Source of the DNA: Octopus vulgaris
Taxonomy: Eukaryota
Assembly: GCA_951406725.2 (NCBI GenBank)
Contig: OX597814.1
Span: 32,736,001-32,800,000, forward strand
Reading direction: 5' to 3'
Length of the DNA: 64,000 nucleotides
Shown here piece after piece: positions 37,928 to 52,391 of this stretch; the stretch's first letter is position 1; each line of letters starts with the position of its first letter. Under the pieces are notes generated by a model. The model was not told where the DNA came from. It ran no database searches and saw only the letters and a list, made by a program, of their open reading frames with translations. Both the position numbers and the translations under genes were made by a program.

Positions 37928-39356
37928 TTGTAGTATTGGTACATATTTTGTGGGCGAAATTCGATATGCGGAAACTATACAGAACATTGTCGTCTGGATT
38001 CTACTTGTAATTCAAAAGGCACAGCCATATTAAACAATGACGTACTTAACTGATTTTTCTCAGGAATTGCAATGCATACAGTATGCGTGTCTGCGGAATG
38101 CTCAGCCGCTCACGCGTTAAATCAGATGATAGTTCAGTTGATAGAACAAGCAAACTCTTATAATTAAATGGCTGCTCAATAAATAAGCAGCCGTCAAAGA
38201 TAAATATTTATAGTAATAACATATATGTATATGATTATAGGTGAATGAACACATAATTGTATAAGAACGTTCTCAAAGTCACAGTTGGAACGCATTTGGT
38301 CACAATCTGTATAATAATTGCTGATCTGGGTCTAAGTAGCAAATGCTTCTTATGAAGTGGTTATTCGTCCTGTTGGAAATCACGCCAATACTTTCTTCAA
38401 TTTGAAAGAAACTCATTAAAGGCAGTAGATATTGCTATAATAAAACTAAAAATAAAAACAGAACGGAATTGCCGAGGCCCTTCATCGCATATGAGCTCTA
38501 TCAGAGCTAACCCGACTCTAAATAAAACAATAATTACAACTAAATTTGTGTATCTCAACTTGTATCCGGTTATCTGTTTATTTATCAAGCTAATTAAATC
38601 TGCACTTTTCTACAATTATTATACTCCCAAATCAAATGCTCTGTTGTACGTGTCACAGTTATTATATGTAGATGCAACTGATCACATAACATAGCACGGT
38701 ATCGCATGACATTGCTTCATATTTTATAATTCTGTACCATATCTTTTACACTTAACATTAATTATCGCTTGTTTCTCCCCAGAATAACAAATTTTTTTAT
38801 CGGTTTTATTATAACTTTTTATCAGACTTTCTCAAGATATATATCCTAATGAAATTGTTTCCTGGAAGCGTACGTTTTCATATCTTAATTCATATATTAT
38901 CTCACCGTTTCATCAAGCGGTCCTAAATACGTTTGCCTCCCATCTGTATTCGCTTCAAGCTATAGATAATAAAAAATTTATCACTTACATATCGATTACT
39001 CTGAAGTTGCCACACAGTCTGCTATAGACAGTAAAAAGAAAAAAGAAATGTTGACCGAAGTCTTGGAGATATTATGCCTTTACAATCTAAAGCTGCTTCA
39101 AGTAATTTTATGCATTTACCATGGTCTTAATCTCTAAAGGAAACCTTATCTTTAAGCATAGCAAATATTGTATTTGGCTTTTCTCGCTCTATTCTCCAGC
39201 GTCGACTGAGCTTTTAGCAAAATACACGCTAGTTTTGAACAATGCATGATATACAGGCACGCAGATACACACACAAGTCATATACAAAAACAAAAACAAA
39301 GATACACGTACATACAACGCACACACAAAATACATACACAGAGCCTCCTAGATCAC

Positions 39357-39412
<56 letters not shown>

Positions 39413-39951
39413 TCGTCTCCGCTCGCTCACACGCTTGTTTAGAACACTGAATTTCCTACATTGGTACCAATCGTAACATTTTCATGGTAGACAGCAATTT
39501 AATTGAATAAGACGAAGGATGTATTTTTATATCATATTTATTTATGTCACTCGTAAACAATTATGGCTTGGTGAAAGAAAATGATTTGTTTCAAATATAA
39601 AGAGGCTTCATCGCTCTTTCGTAGGTCAGTAGACCAAATATGTTGGTACAATTATGATCACAGCTATTGCAGAATAATTTTGGTAGATCTTGCTCCAGAG
39701 TCTTCTCCCTTTTCATTCTGTTGTATCATTTAATTTGAATTTACAAGTTTAAGTTATTGTTTTTTTATTGTGTGTGTGTGTGTCTTCTGACATTCAGTGA
39801 TGTCATTCGCTATCTTATACCATGCAACCAGTCTCATTCGAGTCCCTCGCTTCATGGACATTGCATTTTATAACATCATTACCTTGCGATTTTGTGCGCT
39901 GTTCACTATAGACCACAATCTGGAGATTTTTACTGTTTTACATATCTATAT

Positions 39952-40196
39952 GTTGTCGTTGTTTGTTCCTTCTCGAGCCACGCCTGGCTCATAGGGCCGG
40001 TTTCCCGGTTTCCTTGGCGTATAGGTTCCCCACCTGAACGGGACGCCGGCCCATCGCTGGTGAGCTGCAAGATGCAGGAGGAAAGAGTGAGAGAAAGTTG
40101 TGGCGAAAGAGTCAGTAGAAGTTTGCCATTACCTTCGAATTCGTGATCCTTCGACCGCGAGCCCGCTACTCTAACCACTAGGCCATGTGCCTCCAC
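39952..40196 (-). mobile_element. SINE family D (V-domain-like tail type), internally deleted
   Basis: Head gtggaggcacatggcctagtggttagag; body gcgatgggccggcgtcccgttcagg. Confidence 0.8.
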
Positions 40197-40470
40197 TACA
40201 TATGCATATGCTGATAGCTAATTCAGAGGTGCAGAAACTATTATAACAATGTCTGAAGAGCAAAATAAATATATAATGTGATTGTGTGATGAGGAATAAA
40301 TTTTTGTGAATTAATTTCTTTTGACTATCATCGTGGCCGCACGCTTTTCATAAAAGGGTTCCGATATAGGCTTTACTTGAACTTTCTTGATGGTCAGCAA
40401 CTAAATTTGCCATAAGAAATTTTGCCACGTAAATTTGATCATAAGAATTAATGAAACCTCGAAAGTCTTA

Positions 40471-40570
40471 NNNNNNNNNNNNNNNNNNNNNNNNNNNNNN
40501 NNNNNNNNNNNNNNNNNNNNNNNNNNNNNNNNNNNNNNNNNNNNNNNNNNNNNNNNNNNNNNNNNNNNNN
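40471..40570. other. Assembly gap (100 N)
   Basis: Run of N. Confidence 1.
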
Positions 40571-40820
40571 AACTCTCTGCCTGTGTGGATTGTCTTCAAG
40601 TATTTTATTTCTCTGGGAGTTCCTATTTTAAAGTAGAAGAAATAACTAAGGTTTTGGCTGCTATTTCTAAACTTCGCTATGTGGTAAAGCAAATCTTTGC
40701 TGAACCCTAATTATTAAGTATTACTTAAGTTTACCGTGAAATGGTCCCTTTTTTCGTGCCGAATTCTACTTGGTGAAATTATTGATTACTTCTTAATTAA
40801 TTAATTTTACCCTTAGTTAT
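40571..40820 (+). mobile_element. Penelope-like terminal-repeat fragment, family P3, cut by the gap
   Basis: Homologous to 49420-49560 plus the reverse complement of the 49023-49120 tail. Ends in (TA)n. Confidence 0.7.
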
Positions 40821-40842
40821 TATATATATATATATATATATA

Positions 40843-41135
40843 AACGATAAACGTCGCCTTTTCAAGACTAGCCAGGCTCATGGTTTCTCGGTTTCTGTGG
40901 CGTATGTGTTTACCCCAGCTGGGCGGGACGCTAGTCCATCGCAGCGTTACTCAAGAAACAGGAAGAAAGAGTGAGAGAAAGTTGGGGCGAAAGAGTACAA
41001 CAGGGGTCGCCACCACTGCTGTAGCGCGTCGTGGAGTTTTTATGTGTTTTCGCTCAATAAACACACACCTCCCGGTGTGAGAATCGAACCGCGAGTCCGC
41101 TGCCCTAGCCACTGGGCCATTGCGCCTGCCTCCAC
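40843..41135 (-). mobile_element. SINE family D (V-domain-like tail type)
   Basis: Same head and middle as 31257-31533, but continues ctgcgatggactagcgtcccgcccag. In (TA)n. Confidence 0.82.
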
Positions 41136-41295
41136 TATATATATATATATATATAGATATATAGTGTAATATATAAAATATATGCATACATATTTTATTT
41201 TATTTATTACACTATTGTCTGACAGCGCTTTCGCGTCGGGTTCGTTCCGATTCGTCGCTTCGTTCCGTTTCTTATCCTCCTAGTATTGTTTTATA

Positions 41296-41343
<48 letters not shown>

Positions 41344-41373
41344 GTATGTGTGTGTATGTATGTGTGTGTGTGC

Positions 41374-41449
<76 letters not shown>

Positions 41450-41797
41450 CGTGCGTGCACTCTTCACGTATACTCTGCTACTCAGCTTTGAAAGACGCAG
41501 AACAGACGGACGCATTTTAATATATCTATATATATATTTACCTAATTGTCAAATGGAATATATATCAATATATACCTATCCATTTACACACAGAAACCCT
41601 TCTTGAAACGAATCTCCTTGTACATGTACAGTTATGTATATATACAGTCACAAAATCAATAACGACAAAATGTAAATAGGTAACTGTAAAGAAAAGTATA
41701 GAAAAATATCTGCGGCATATATAAGAGATGGTACAAAGGCAAACATCCTCACAGATAGAAACAAGAAATCCATATGTCCACACACAACTACATATAT

Positions 41798-41866
<69 letters not shown>

Positions 41867-43011
41867 TGTGTGCGTGTGTATGTACATAAATACAAAAGTA
41901 CACACACATATATGTATTTATACATTTATATATGCGTTTATTGATAAGCATATTTCTCAACATACATACATACATACATACATACATACATACATACATA
42001 CATACATACATACATGTATGCGGAGATATATCAATGCTTCTTCGAATAGAAGCAGGCAAATAAAAGGAAACATCTGAAAACAGCTAAAAAGAAAATATTC
42101 CCGATCATTTCCCGCCAGAAATATTCATGTTAGGATTTTGCCAGCATAAAGTTTCTCTCGATAAGAAGATTTCTATCTCAATATTTTTTTGTTGTTGTTG
42201 TTTTTGTTGTTTATCATTCCTTTTATGTTAGTCCTAGCAGCTCTTATGTCTTAACCGGCTTTCTACGAAACTATCACAGTCGTATGGTAGTTTGTCTCTC
42301 GGCGCCATATCCGGTTGTATTAGATACATATATATATAAGAAGCGGCAAATAGCAACAGCGACAACAAAAATTCTTTAGTCTAAATGAAAACGATGAAAA
42401 ACGGAAACAAATATTTACAAACGTAAAAATAAATTTGACAAAGCACTTATACAATCTCTCACGAACATAAACAGATACACGTAGGAGCACAGACACACAC
42501 ACACACAGATACACGTACATGTATGTGCGTTAGAGACAGTAATTGTATGTTTTTCTCTCTCTCTCGTTCTATTTATATATATATATATATACACATATAT
42601 TGAGAGAGAGAGAGAGAGAGTGAGAAGAGAGAGAGAGAGACGAAGAGAGAGGCAGATAGACGGACAGACACACACTGAACTCACCACATATATATTTGTA
42701 TTTACCTGCGATTATATATTAATCACATATGGCACTAAAGAAAAACTAAGCGATAATGTTGCATGTATACAGAAACGGACACACAATTATATGCATGCTC
42801 ATATGCCTATGTATGTACATACACACGCATATATATATATATATATATATACCAATCTATAGCTATCCGACTATATATATATCTACTATACACAAATGTA
42901 TAATATAAATATATGTATATGCATTTCCATATTATACATATATATTTATATACATCTATATCTATCTATCTATTTTTGTTTGTGTCTGTCTATCTATCAG
43001 TATGCATGTGT

Positions 43012-43057
<46 letters not shown>

Positions 43058-43379
43058 ATATATCTATAAGATTCTATGAAAAGCAACAATCAAAATAACT
43101 ATGGAAAATGTTCTCAGAGAAAAAGTACTTGTAAATAGATTTCTGAAGTAAGAGCTAAAAATCCCCGGAAGTTGCGTTCGAGGCATATTCCATGTTTGTT
43201 GAGTGTACAAGAAAATATAATGAATGAAATATCTGAGATATTGTCTGCTATATTAGAACTAGTTCTATCTTGTTTCGTGTGTTCAATTTATAATACAATG
43301 ATATTTGTAATAGAATTAGATTGTTTGTGAAAGACTTCCACTGATCTTAATGCGTTCCAGCGTTCATCTTCACAATCTG

Positions 43380-43861
43380 CTACATCTCATAGCCGTTATC
43401 TAAATCAGTATGAAGTTGGTTTGTTGAAACCAGAGAAATAATTTTACGCATGAAGATATCGCATGACTATTGAAGGTAATGTTATTAATCAGAGATCTAT
43501 ATGGATTAAAAGAAAAAATATTAATTTAGGTAGCAGAAGTCACACACAAAATATCTTCAATGATTTCAAGTTTGTGTTTTTTGTTAGAGACAAGAGAAAT
43601 CTAAGTGTAATATTTAGTGACTCTCAAAGAAAAGGGGTATATTGCCTTAAATTAATTTATCAAATTATAAATTTATTTATTAACCGGAAATTACTATACA
43701 GGCGCAGGAGTGGCTGTGTGGTAAGTAGCTTGCTAACCAACCACATGGTTCCGGGTTCAGTCCCACTGCGTGGCATCTTGGGCAAGTGTCTTCTGCTATA
43801 GCCCCGGGCCGACCAATGCCTTGTGAGTGGATTTGGTAGGCGGAAACTAAAAGAAGACTGT

Positions 43862-43898
<37 letters not shown>

Positions 43899-44515
43899 AT
43901 ATGTTTGTGTGTCTGTGTTTGTCCCCCTAGCATTGCTTGACAACCGATGCTGGTGTGTTTACGTCCCCGTCACTTAGCGGTTCGGCAAAAGAGACCGATA
44001 GAATAAGTACTGGGCTTACAAAAGAATAAGTCCCGGGGTCGAGTAGCTCGGCTAAAGGCGGTGCTCCAGCATAGCCGCAGTCAAATGACTGAAACAAGTA
44101 AAAGAGTAAAAGAGAAAGAGTAAAGAGTATACAAATGCTGAAAGAAGGCAAGATGACACTGATGGACATATTTCAAAGAAAGACGAAAAATTACAGGCAA
44201 ACTGAAGAAAGAAATCAAGATAAAACGAGGAGATAAGTGGATTGAAATCGGAATGATTTAAAAACACAATAAGTTGCGATATGTCCTTTGGAAGTACTTC
44301 GTATTCCGTTGAAATAATTAATTTCTTTAACTAACCTCATTTCTAGCCTAACTTATGTTGCATATAATATATAACATAATGTAAATACATTATTTGAAAT
44401 AACTTTATATTAAGGGGTAAACGTACAATTTCTTCAAATTCAGATTGCCTCATGGTTCCAGAAAACAGAAAGGTCTCGGAGGATGGCGAAGGAGATGCGC
44501 CGAAACATCTACCCT
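43380..44515 (+). mobile_element. Old Penelope remnant (GIY-YIG end + degenerate hammerhead), interrupted by a SINE
   Basis: QRKGVYCL before the SINE; KLKKEIKIKRG../NRND after it; then cggagga-t-ggcg..cgcc-GAAAC at 44477-44506. Confidence 0.4.
43701..44127 (+). mobile_element. SINE family A, full length, young
   Basis: ggcgcaggagtggctgtgtggtaag...ggttcagtccc; TSD tataca (43695-43700 / 44128-44133). Confidence 0.93.
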
Positions 44516-44947
44516 GTCTCACAGGGCACGCACTTGCGGACAACCATCTCTCTCCTTATTGAGGTAAGCAAGGATATAGTCCGGCACTGCCACAGGATTG
44601 ACTATAACCCTATCAGAGAGCGACCGATACCTTGACGGTTTGCTTTTCTCAGCCTTTAATTGAGGTATTTTGGAAGCAATGTCTCATTTCTCAGAAACCG
44701 GTCTATATACTCAGATGTACTCATCCGAATTTGCACATTTAGGGATGTAGACGCTTGTCTGCCCCTTCGCAACATTCAGTAGAGCTGAGTCAATATATTG
44801 TTGTATACTTATTAGATTGGAAAGAAATCCTGTCGCGTTTTGGACATGATCACTTAGCGGGCGCTTTTCGAATATAAGCCTTACTTTTTACATGCTGATT
44901 GCTTTAAACCATAATGATTAAATTCGTATCGATTTCATTCTTTTAAT

Positions 44948-45850
44948 ATGAGTTTAGATCAGACCCATATCAGACACTGCATACTGTATGAATTTAAAAG
45001 GAGCACTTCAGCAAAGAAAGCAGCAAGATATATTCGTTTTTTTTAATGGCAATTAAGCTTAAGTGTGCAGATGCCAACGAGGGAAATTTTTCTCTGACAG
45101 ATTCTCCTCGATTTGGACGACTCATTTCATTTCAATATTCAGCTTCTGAAATCCTAGCTGAGGAAAATCCAGATCATTATCAAAACATTTCAGTTCGAGT
45201 CAAAAATCGATCATAAATCACCTTCATAAACTAGGAAAAGTGTTCCAAATTGATCAGTTGGTACCTGATCATTTAACTACGTCTTAGCTTAAACAAACAT
45301 GGAAGAGTTGATATGCTACCGAATCTATCGCGGATTGAATAATTACATGTAATGAAATAATGAAAAAGGAGAATCTATCCCTAAACCAGGACTACATCCA
45401 AAAAAAGCTATGATCTGTGTTTGATGGGATATAAAGGGGAATTGTCTCTCATTACACGAAGCGATCAACCAAAACGTAACTGTTACTTCATTGCAAAACC
45501 ATTTGCAGTGAAAATGCCCAATATTTGTCAGTCATAAAGAGATATTGCATTCACACGATAATGCAACGACATATTTCCCCAAGTAACTCAGGAAAAGATT
45601 ATGTACTAAATAAGGAATGCTTGCCTCATCTTCTCTACTTTCCTGATCTTTTCCTATCTGACTATTATCTTTTCAGATCATTTCAATATTATATTTAAGA
45701 AAACAGTTTATTAATTCTGGAGAGGCTGAAAACAATAGTGAGTGTTTCTTAGCTTCTAAACGTGAAAGATTTTACGCCAGAGGGACCCAAAATTAGCCAA
45801 ACAGATGCGATTAAGTTATCAATAACAATAGGAGATATTGTATTGATTAG
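44948..45850 (+). pseudogene. Degraded mariner transposase
   Basis: MSLDQTHIRHCILYEFKRSTSA, GNFSLTDSPRFGR, LHPKKAMICV*WDIKG, HDNA, LPHLLYFPDLFLSDYYLFRSFQ. Many stops and frameshifts. Confidence 0.88.
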
Positions 45851-45996
45851 ATATATCTATTAAGAACAAAGAATTATTTGTTTCTTTTTCAGTTTGAAAT
45901 ACGACAGGAGACTTTCTTTCCAAACAACTTCTATGCATCCACTCTTTCATCTACTCGTATGCATGCACACATGCAAACAGACGCATAAACACACAT

Positions 45997-46068
<72 letters not shown>

Positions 46069-46072
<4 letters not shown>

Positions 46073-46223
46073 GTAGAAAGGAACACACGAGTTGATATAT
46101 ATGAAAAAACAAGTCAAAAATAGAAAATGCTAAGATAATTTTATAGTGAATCTTTCAGTACCGGTACTGAAAGATTCACTATAAAATTATCTTAGCATTT
46201 TCTATTTTTGACTTGTTTTTTCA
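46069..46223. mobile_element. Penelope-like fold-back, family P4: perfect 122-bp palindrome + tail
   Basis: 46102-46223 is a spacer-less palindrome centred on gtaccggtac. The arm matches 63031-63094. In (TA)n. Confidence 0.8.
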
Positions 46224-46242
46224 CATATATATATATATATAT

Positions 46243-46409
46243 AGTTAATCCAAACAAGAAAACAGAAAAAAACACAGCAACGCGAGGACGTGGAACAATT
46301 AAAGTATTATTTGACGCTCAAGAAAGAAGGGAAGGAGGGTTTAACGTTTCGAGCGGAGCTCTTCGTCGGAAACAAGGAGAGGGAAAGATCCCGAGAAGGG
46401 AAGACAGAG

Positions 46410-46420
<11 letters not shown>
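46243..46420 (-). mobile_element. Penelope-like terminal-repeat fragment, family P5
   Basis: Short unique segment between (TA)n arrays containing a hammerhead motif. Confidence 0.6.
46339..46373 (-). ncRNA. Minimal hammerhead ribozyme motif
   Basis: Minus strand gttt-CCGACGA-a-gagc-tcc-gctc-GAAAC-GTT-aaac: stem I gttt/aaac, stem II gagc/gctc, palindromic acgt stem III, U4-to-C variant. Confidence 0.7.
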
Positions 46421-46504
<84 letters not shown>

Positions 46505-46642
46505 ATCTATATATTTGTGTATGCATGTGTATAGGAATATATACATATATGCGTGTGTGCATGAATGTATGTATGTATGTATGTATGTATGTATGTATGT
46601 ATGTATGTATGTATGTATGTATGTATGTATGTATGTATGGAC

Positions 46643-46677
46643 AGTCTGATGAAGGTTAGCAGGACGAAACTGTCACC
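46643..46677 (+). ncRNA. Degenerate hammerhead-like motif
   Basis: gt-CTGATGA-aggttagcaggac-GAAAC-t-GTC-ac. Canonical core but weak stems. Confidence 0.4.
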
Positions 46678-46856
46678 ACTCTTCTTATAAAGGTATTATA
46701 AATATTCTTTCAACAAAAAAGTTTTGAGTAATCCCTCTATTTAAGATAAACTTTATTTCATTGTAATGTGTCATAAAACAAATATTAAGATACATACATG
46801 CATGCATACATACATACATACATACATACATACATGTACACACATACATACATACA

Positions 46857-46890
<34 letters not shown>

Positions 46891-47640
46891 CATACATACA
46901 TACATACATAAATACATACATACATACATACATACAGATGTATGTATGTATGTACGTATTAAGGGAAAGAAAGAGAAGAGAAAATCCAGGGAGAGAAAGT
47001 GAGTGTGTGTGCATGAGTGAGACAGAGGGACCCAAATGTATTTGTTTTTCTTCCTCATATAGGGAGGTTCTATAGAGTGATGGCATATAACGTAACAAGG
47101 CATTTCCTCAACTGAACTCGGTTTAGGTTTTGTTTCGTGATTATAATACCACTTACTGTACCTTTTCCAACTTCTTTTAATCGATGTTTCTTCATATAAT
47201 ATATGAATGAAAATAATATCAACCACAGACATAGATGTCTATGTCTAAGGATTTCTTCTGGAGATTTTGGCGCAATAATTTCATAACAATTCAGCGAATC
47301 AATACCAGGATTCACGCTGATTCACGACAGAATTTACAGTTTATTTAATTCAATAATTTGTTCCTTAACACTTGGCGGAAATAAACTATGGATTGAAATA
47401 TCTACGTAATACAGACAAAAATTGCCTGCGGTCGTGGAATACAGTTCCTCTCAGGTATTCCTATTTGCATAGAATAATTATATATTTTACATTATTTATC
47501 TTTTTTCATCATCTGCTTCGTTTTCTTCCCCGCCAACTCTGTTTTTGAAATGTATATAACAATGATGAAACCTACAGATGTTGAATTTGATCTTAGCGTG
47601 CATATGTATATCGAAAGAAACGAATGAAAAACAATACACA

Positions 47641-47703
<63 letters not shown>

Positions 47704-48901
47704 GAGAGAAATGCGTTCGCAGACATGAAATTTTAATGTTAATATATTTAGTATTGATAGATTGAATAGAATTCCACTTATAAACATATAATTATATTGT
47801 AATTATTTTCTTCTCTCATTTTTATATAACGCAGAGGGTTGCCTGTTTATACATCTTCAAACAATGTTCATAACAGATACATACTAATAAATTTTCGTCC
47901 TCCACTTTGAAATAAAATGTGCGCTTTTATATCCATACGACGAATATAAGCACGTACGGAGAACGTGATATAGATTGACAAACAAAGTACCTAATAGTAT
48001 ATGTTCGTTGTATAGTCTACATGTTTTAAGTTCTTGGTTAGCTGTTCCTCGGGTTGGTGTTACCATGTCGGGTATCGGAGTTTGAATAGCTTTACATTTG
48101 TTTATTTGAATTCTAATTTTTATGATCACAACGTGATTTTTCAGAGAAAAAGCATTGTTGTATAGGTAATGTTTTGTAACTATAAGTTAATACTGTTTAC
48201 TTTAATGTTGTTACGTGTAATAACAAGCAAGTGTTAAAGTAAAGGACACACTATGCTGTTTCACTCCTGATCACTATTGATGCGCAGTTAGCGTTTATAT
48301 TGTTAATGCTGTGGACACTGCCGGATTCAATGGTACTTCATAGGTGTCGAAACCAAAGTGATTTCCGTTTCACAGCTGACGATGAGAATATATGTTTGTT
48401 ATGATTGTTTGTAGATTTTTATATCTTAGTTTCTGAACCTTTTTACCTGAACTGTTCCTCATTCTAATTAAGATGACGAAGATGGACTCACATCAGGTCA
48501 TGATGTGCTTGCGGTAGAGGGCGATGCATTCTATGGCAAAGAGGAGCCAAGGGAGAACTACAAGACTATACACCTTTATGTTCATGATTTTACATTTGTC
48601 AAATTATAATGGAATCAATTTCACATTAAACTGAAAAATTACTCAAGATATTTTGTACAGAACATATTCATTATACTTTTACAAGAAGCTAGGAGACATT
48701 GACTTTGACGTTTCGGTCAGCTAGCTTTCATCGAATTACGTGTGCGCTTATGTCATTATTCAGTTTTATTTCAAGATTTCTTGACAATGGAGAAAGATCC
48801 GATTTCTAAATTAAATCCAAGGCTCCTTCAGTGGAATTTCAACATCATCAACAGGATATTTTTGTATGTATGTATGCATGTATGTATGTATGTGAGTGTA
48901 C

Positions 48902-49622
<721 letters not shown>

Positions 49623-49644
49623 CATACGTACATACATACATACA

Positions 49645-49677
<33 letters not shown>

Positions 49678-49867
49678 TTATTTATTTATTTATACACACA
49701 TTAGCTTAAGCGTCATTCGTAAGTGCATATGAGCATATGGCGAATTAGCTTGTACTATGGTCATGCTAACTGTTTTAGGTTCCTAACAAGTAACGAGTAG
49801 ACATAGACATTCGTGCGACCTTCTTACTCAGCCCAGTGAAACATCGTGGATCTGACAGTCATATGTA

Positions 49868-50733
49868 AAGAGGGCTGCACCATCAGTAAGATGATATTTT
49901 TTTCGGAAGTGACATTTATTAATATCAAAGAAGTACAAAATTCTAATCGCTTTCAAAGCAAGACTGTCTGACATCAGTTCACTTCTTGCAACGCTCCAGC
50001 CACACCATGAAGTCCTCCAATGAAAGTATCCAGGACCTTTGACACAGCCTCTTTAATCTATTCCTTTAGTTTAAGGAAACAACCAAATGTCACGGGGAGA
50101 AATCTCTAGAATGTAGTGAGGGTGAAGGACAGATTTGATGCTGATCTCTGTCAGATAATTGGCAACCAGGACAGAATCATGGAGTTGTGCATTGTACTGG
50201 TGCAGCGGGGTCTGGTTACTGCAATGAAATTTCTTCTTGATCTCCCTTGAAACCTTCATAAAGTACCCCTGTTGACAGTCTAGTCAGAGGGAGCCCTGTG
50301 GGTGTCGAAGATGCTTTTGCTGTCGAGAAAGCGGATCATCATGAGCTTCCCGGTAGACTTGTTTTGCCTGGCCTCTTCTGCGAGCAAATAACAGGTGCTT
50401 GGCTCATACAAGTTAAGCTGTAAGCTGTCTCGAGCATTTTATAAACTTTTGTAGCATTTTACCTAGTTTCACACAAACTTTTATTGCATAGCAAGTTTCT
50501 AAACTATCTCCACATCTCAACTAAATTCCGCAAACTAGTTAGCTGTGACAAGCAATATTTAGTATGGTGTGTTCAAAGTATTGATACAGCCGACTCCCTC
50601 AATCTGAAATAACAAAAGTTGGCCCTTCATATTATTAGATAAGTAGTAATGATATACTGAAATTACAATAATCTAATGCAGTTATAACTACCTCTCTTAA
50701 AGAAGTCTCAAACCTTCTGGAATGCATTTCGTA
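49868..50733 (-). mobile_element. Degraded, internally deleted mariner
   Basis: GKLMMIRFLDSKSI, LHQYNAQLHDS, LHPHYILEISPRDIWLFP (cf. PHPPYSPDLAPCDFWLFP). Confidence 0.72.
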
Positions 50734-52174
50734 TTTTATTGTCTTATATATATTTACCCAACTACGCTTTAACTATTCACGTGCATTTCTCACATTCTTC
50801 TGCTTTCTTTCAAAATCATAACTCACATCTTTTAATAGCTTTCAGACAGGTTGTTGGAAAATTCATGAATATTTTATGATTACTATAATCTATATCTTTT
50901 AAACATATATGCAACGTGAATTATATTTTATGGATTTACTTACATTTCAATTCGAGGATAGCCAAAGCACACTGCTTTCTTAATTTCACAAGGTACATGT
51001 AGTTGATAAGCAACGTCTTCAGTTAGTAAACCACATGTGTTTTTCATTCGCCCTTTATAGTTTCTCCACCCAATGTAATAATACAACAATCTAATTTCCC
51101 CATCATTTTATTCAGTGCATAAAATATTCGGCTTCACTTTCTTCCAATAAAGTATTATTTCTTCATATCTCATTCCTGATGAATCGATATATTCGGTCTT
51201 TCATGTTAGTTTCCTTTCATCTGTTTATTACCTAAACATTCTCTTCATCGCATTCAAAGTGATGAAAACATTTCTTTCATCTGTAATTAACATTATTTGC
51301 GCATCTTTCTTAATTTTTCTTATAAGTCACAATTTCTGTCTATCACTTGATATTCTAATATGTCACATTAATTATTATATTTTACAGGATACATCAAATT
51401 TACATTTCATCTCTCAGAGCTCAATAAAATAATGTAATGGCCAAGTATTGGAGTGGATTAAATTAACGAACACTCATTCCACAAATATAATGCTTTGTTC
51501 CTATAATAGAAGCAATTATTTTATTTGTTCTAAAACTTGAAATGCGGACAATCTCGTACAGTACCTTTAATATCTCTTTTAGTCGATCATACTGATCCTA
51601 TTACTCTCTCCGACACTTATTTTATCACACTCACGAGGAAGTAATGCACAATATTAATAATATTGGGTTGTATCTCACATATCATCAGTATGCTATATGG
51701 CAATTTTGTGTCATATTTTGTGATATTTTAGCCGATTATTGAATAGTATTGAATTGGCGTTCATTTACATTTTTACAGCTGATCCATCTTGACAACTTAA
51801 ATGACACTGTCATTTAACATTGCGATGATTCCATGACGATGGACTAATTCAGGACAGAAACGTTTCTACAGAGATTATTTTATCTACTCTCTCAGTTCAG
51901 TGGATATGTTTTGATCTTCATAGCAAGGCGAGTAGCTAGAAAACTTTATGATCATTTTCTTTTGCACTATCGAATCGATTATATTTGCAAAATATAATAC
52001 ACTATTGTATTATAACTAAAGTCTATACACCACTCACTTAAACTAGAATATTTTTCTTCGTTGCTTTTTATAAAAGGAGAAAGACAATGCAATGTGGAGA
52101 AATTCGTAGCTACAGAGAACTCGTTCCCTCACGTGTTGAGGTAATTGCAATTAGAATACAGGATATATATTGTA

Positions 52175-52391
52175 CGAAGGGACGCTGGAAAGTTCCTGGC
52201 TGTGAGTGAAAGAAAATAGACGAGGATCAGTTAATCATGGCTTTATTCAACATATTCCCCTCTCAGGTCCACCAACTTATTGCAGCGGTCCTTCAGTTTG
52301 TCTAAGTCCTGAAAAAGAACTCGGAAGGATGGGCTTCCAACTAGACCTTTCGCGGCACCCTTAAAGCCAGGAACTTTTCAGCACTCACTCA
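52175..52391. mobile_element. Mariner-derived MITE
   Basis: TA-flanked; TIRs gctggaaagttcctggct / agccaggaacttttcagc. Confidence 0.8.

Noticed and set aside
48471-48610. Coding-looking stretch DDEDGLTSGHDVLAVEGDAFYGKEE after a possible acceptor
   Set aside because: No recognisable family and no partner exons; insufficient evidence.
48703-48737. Additional hammerhead-like strings here and at ~58360-58410, ~59248-59290 and ~62668-62770
   Set aside because: Cores or stems are too degenerate to distinguish from chance without a family consensus.
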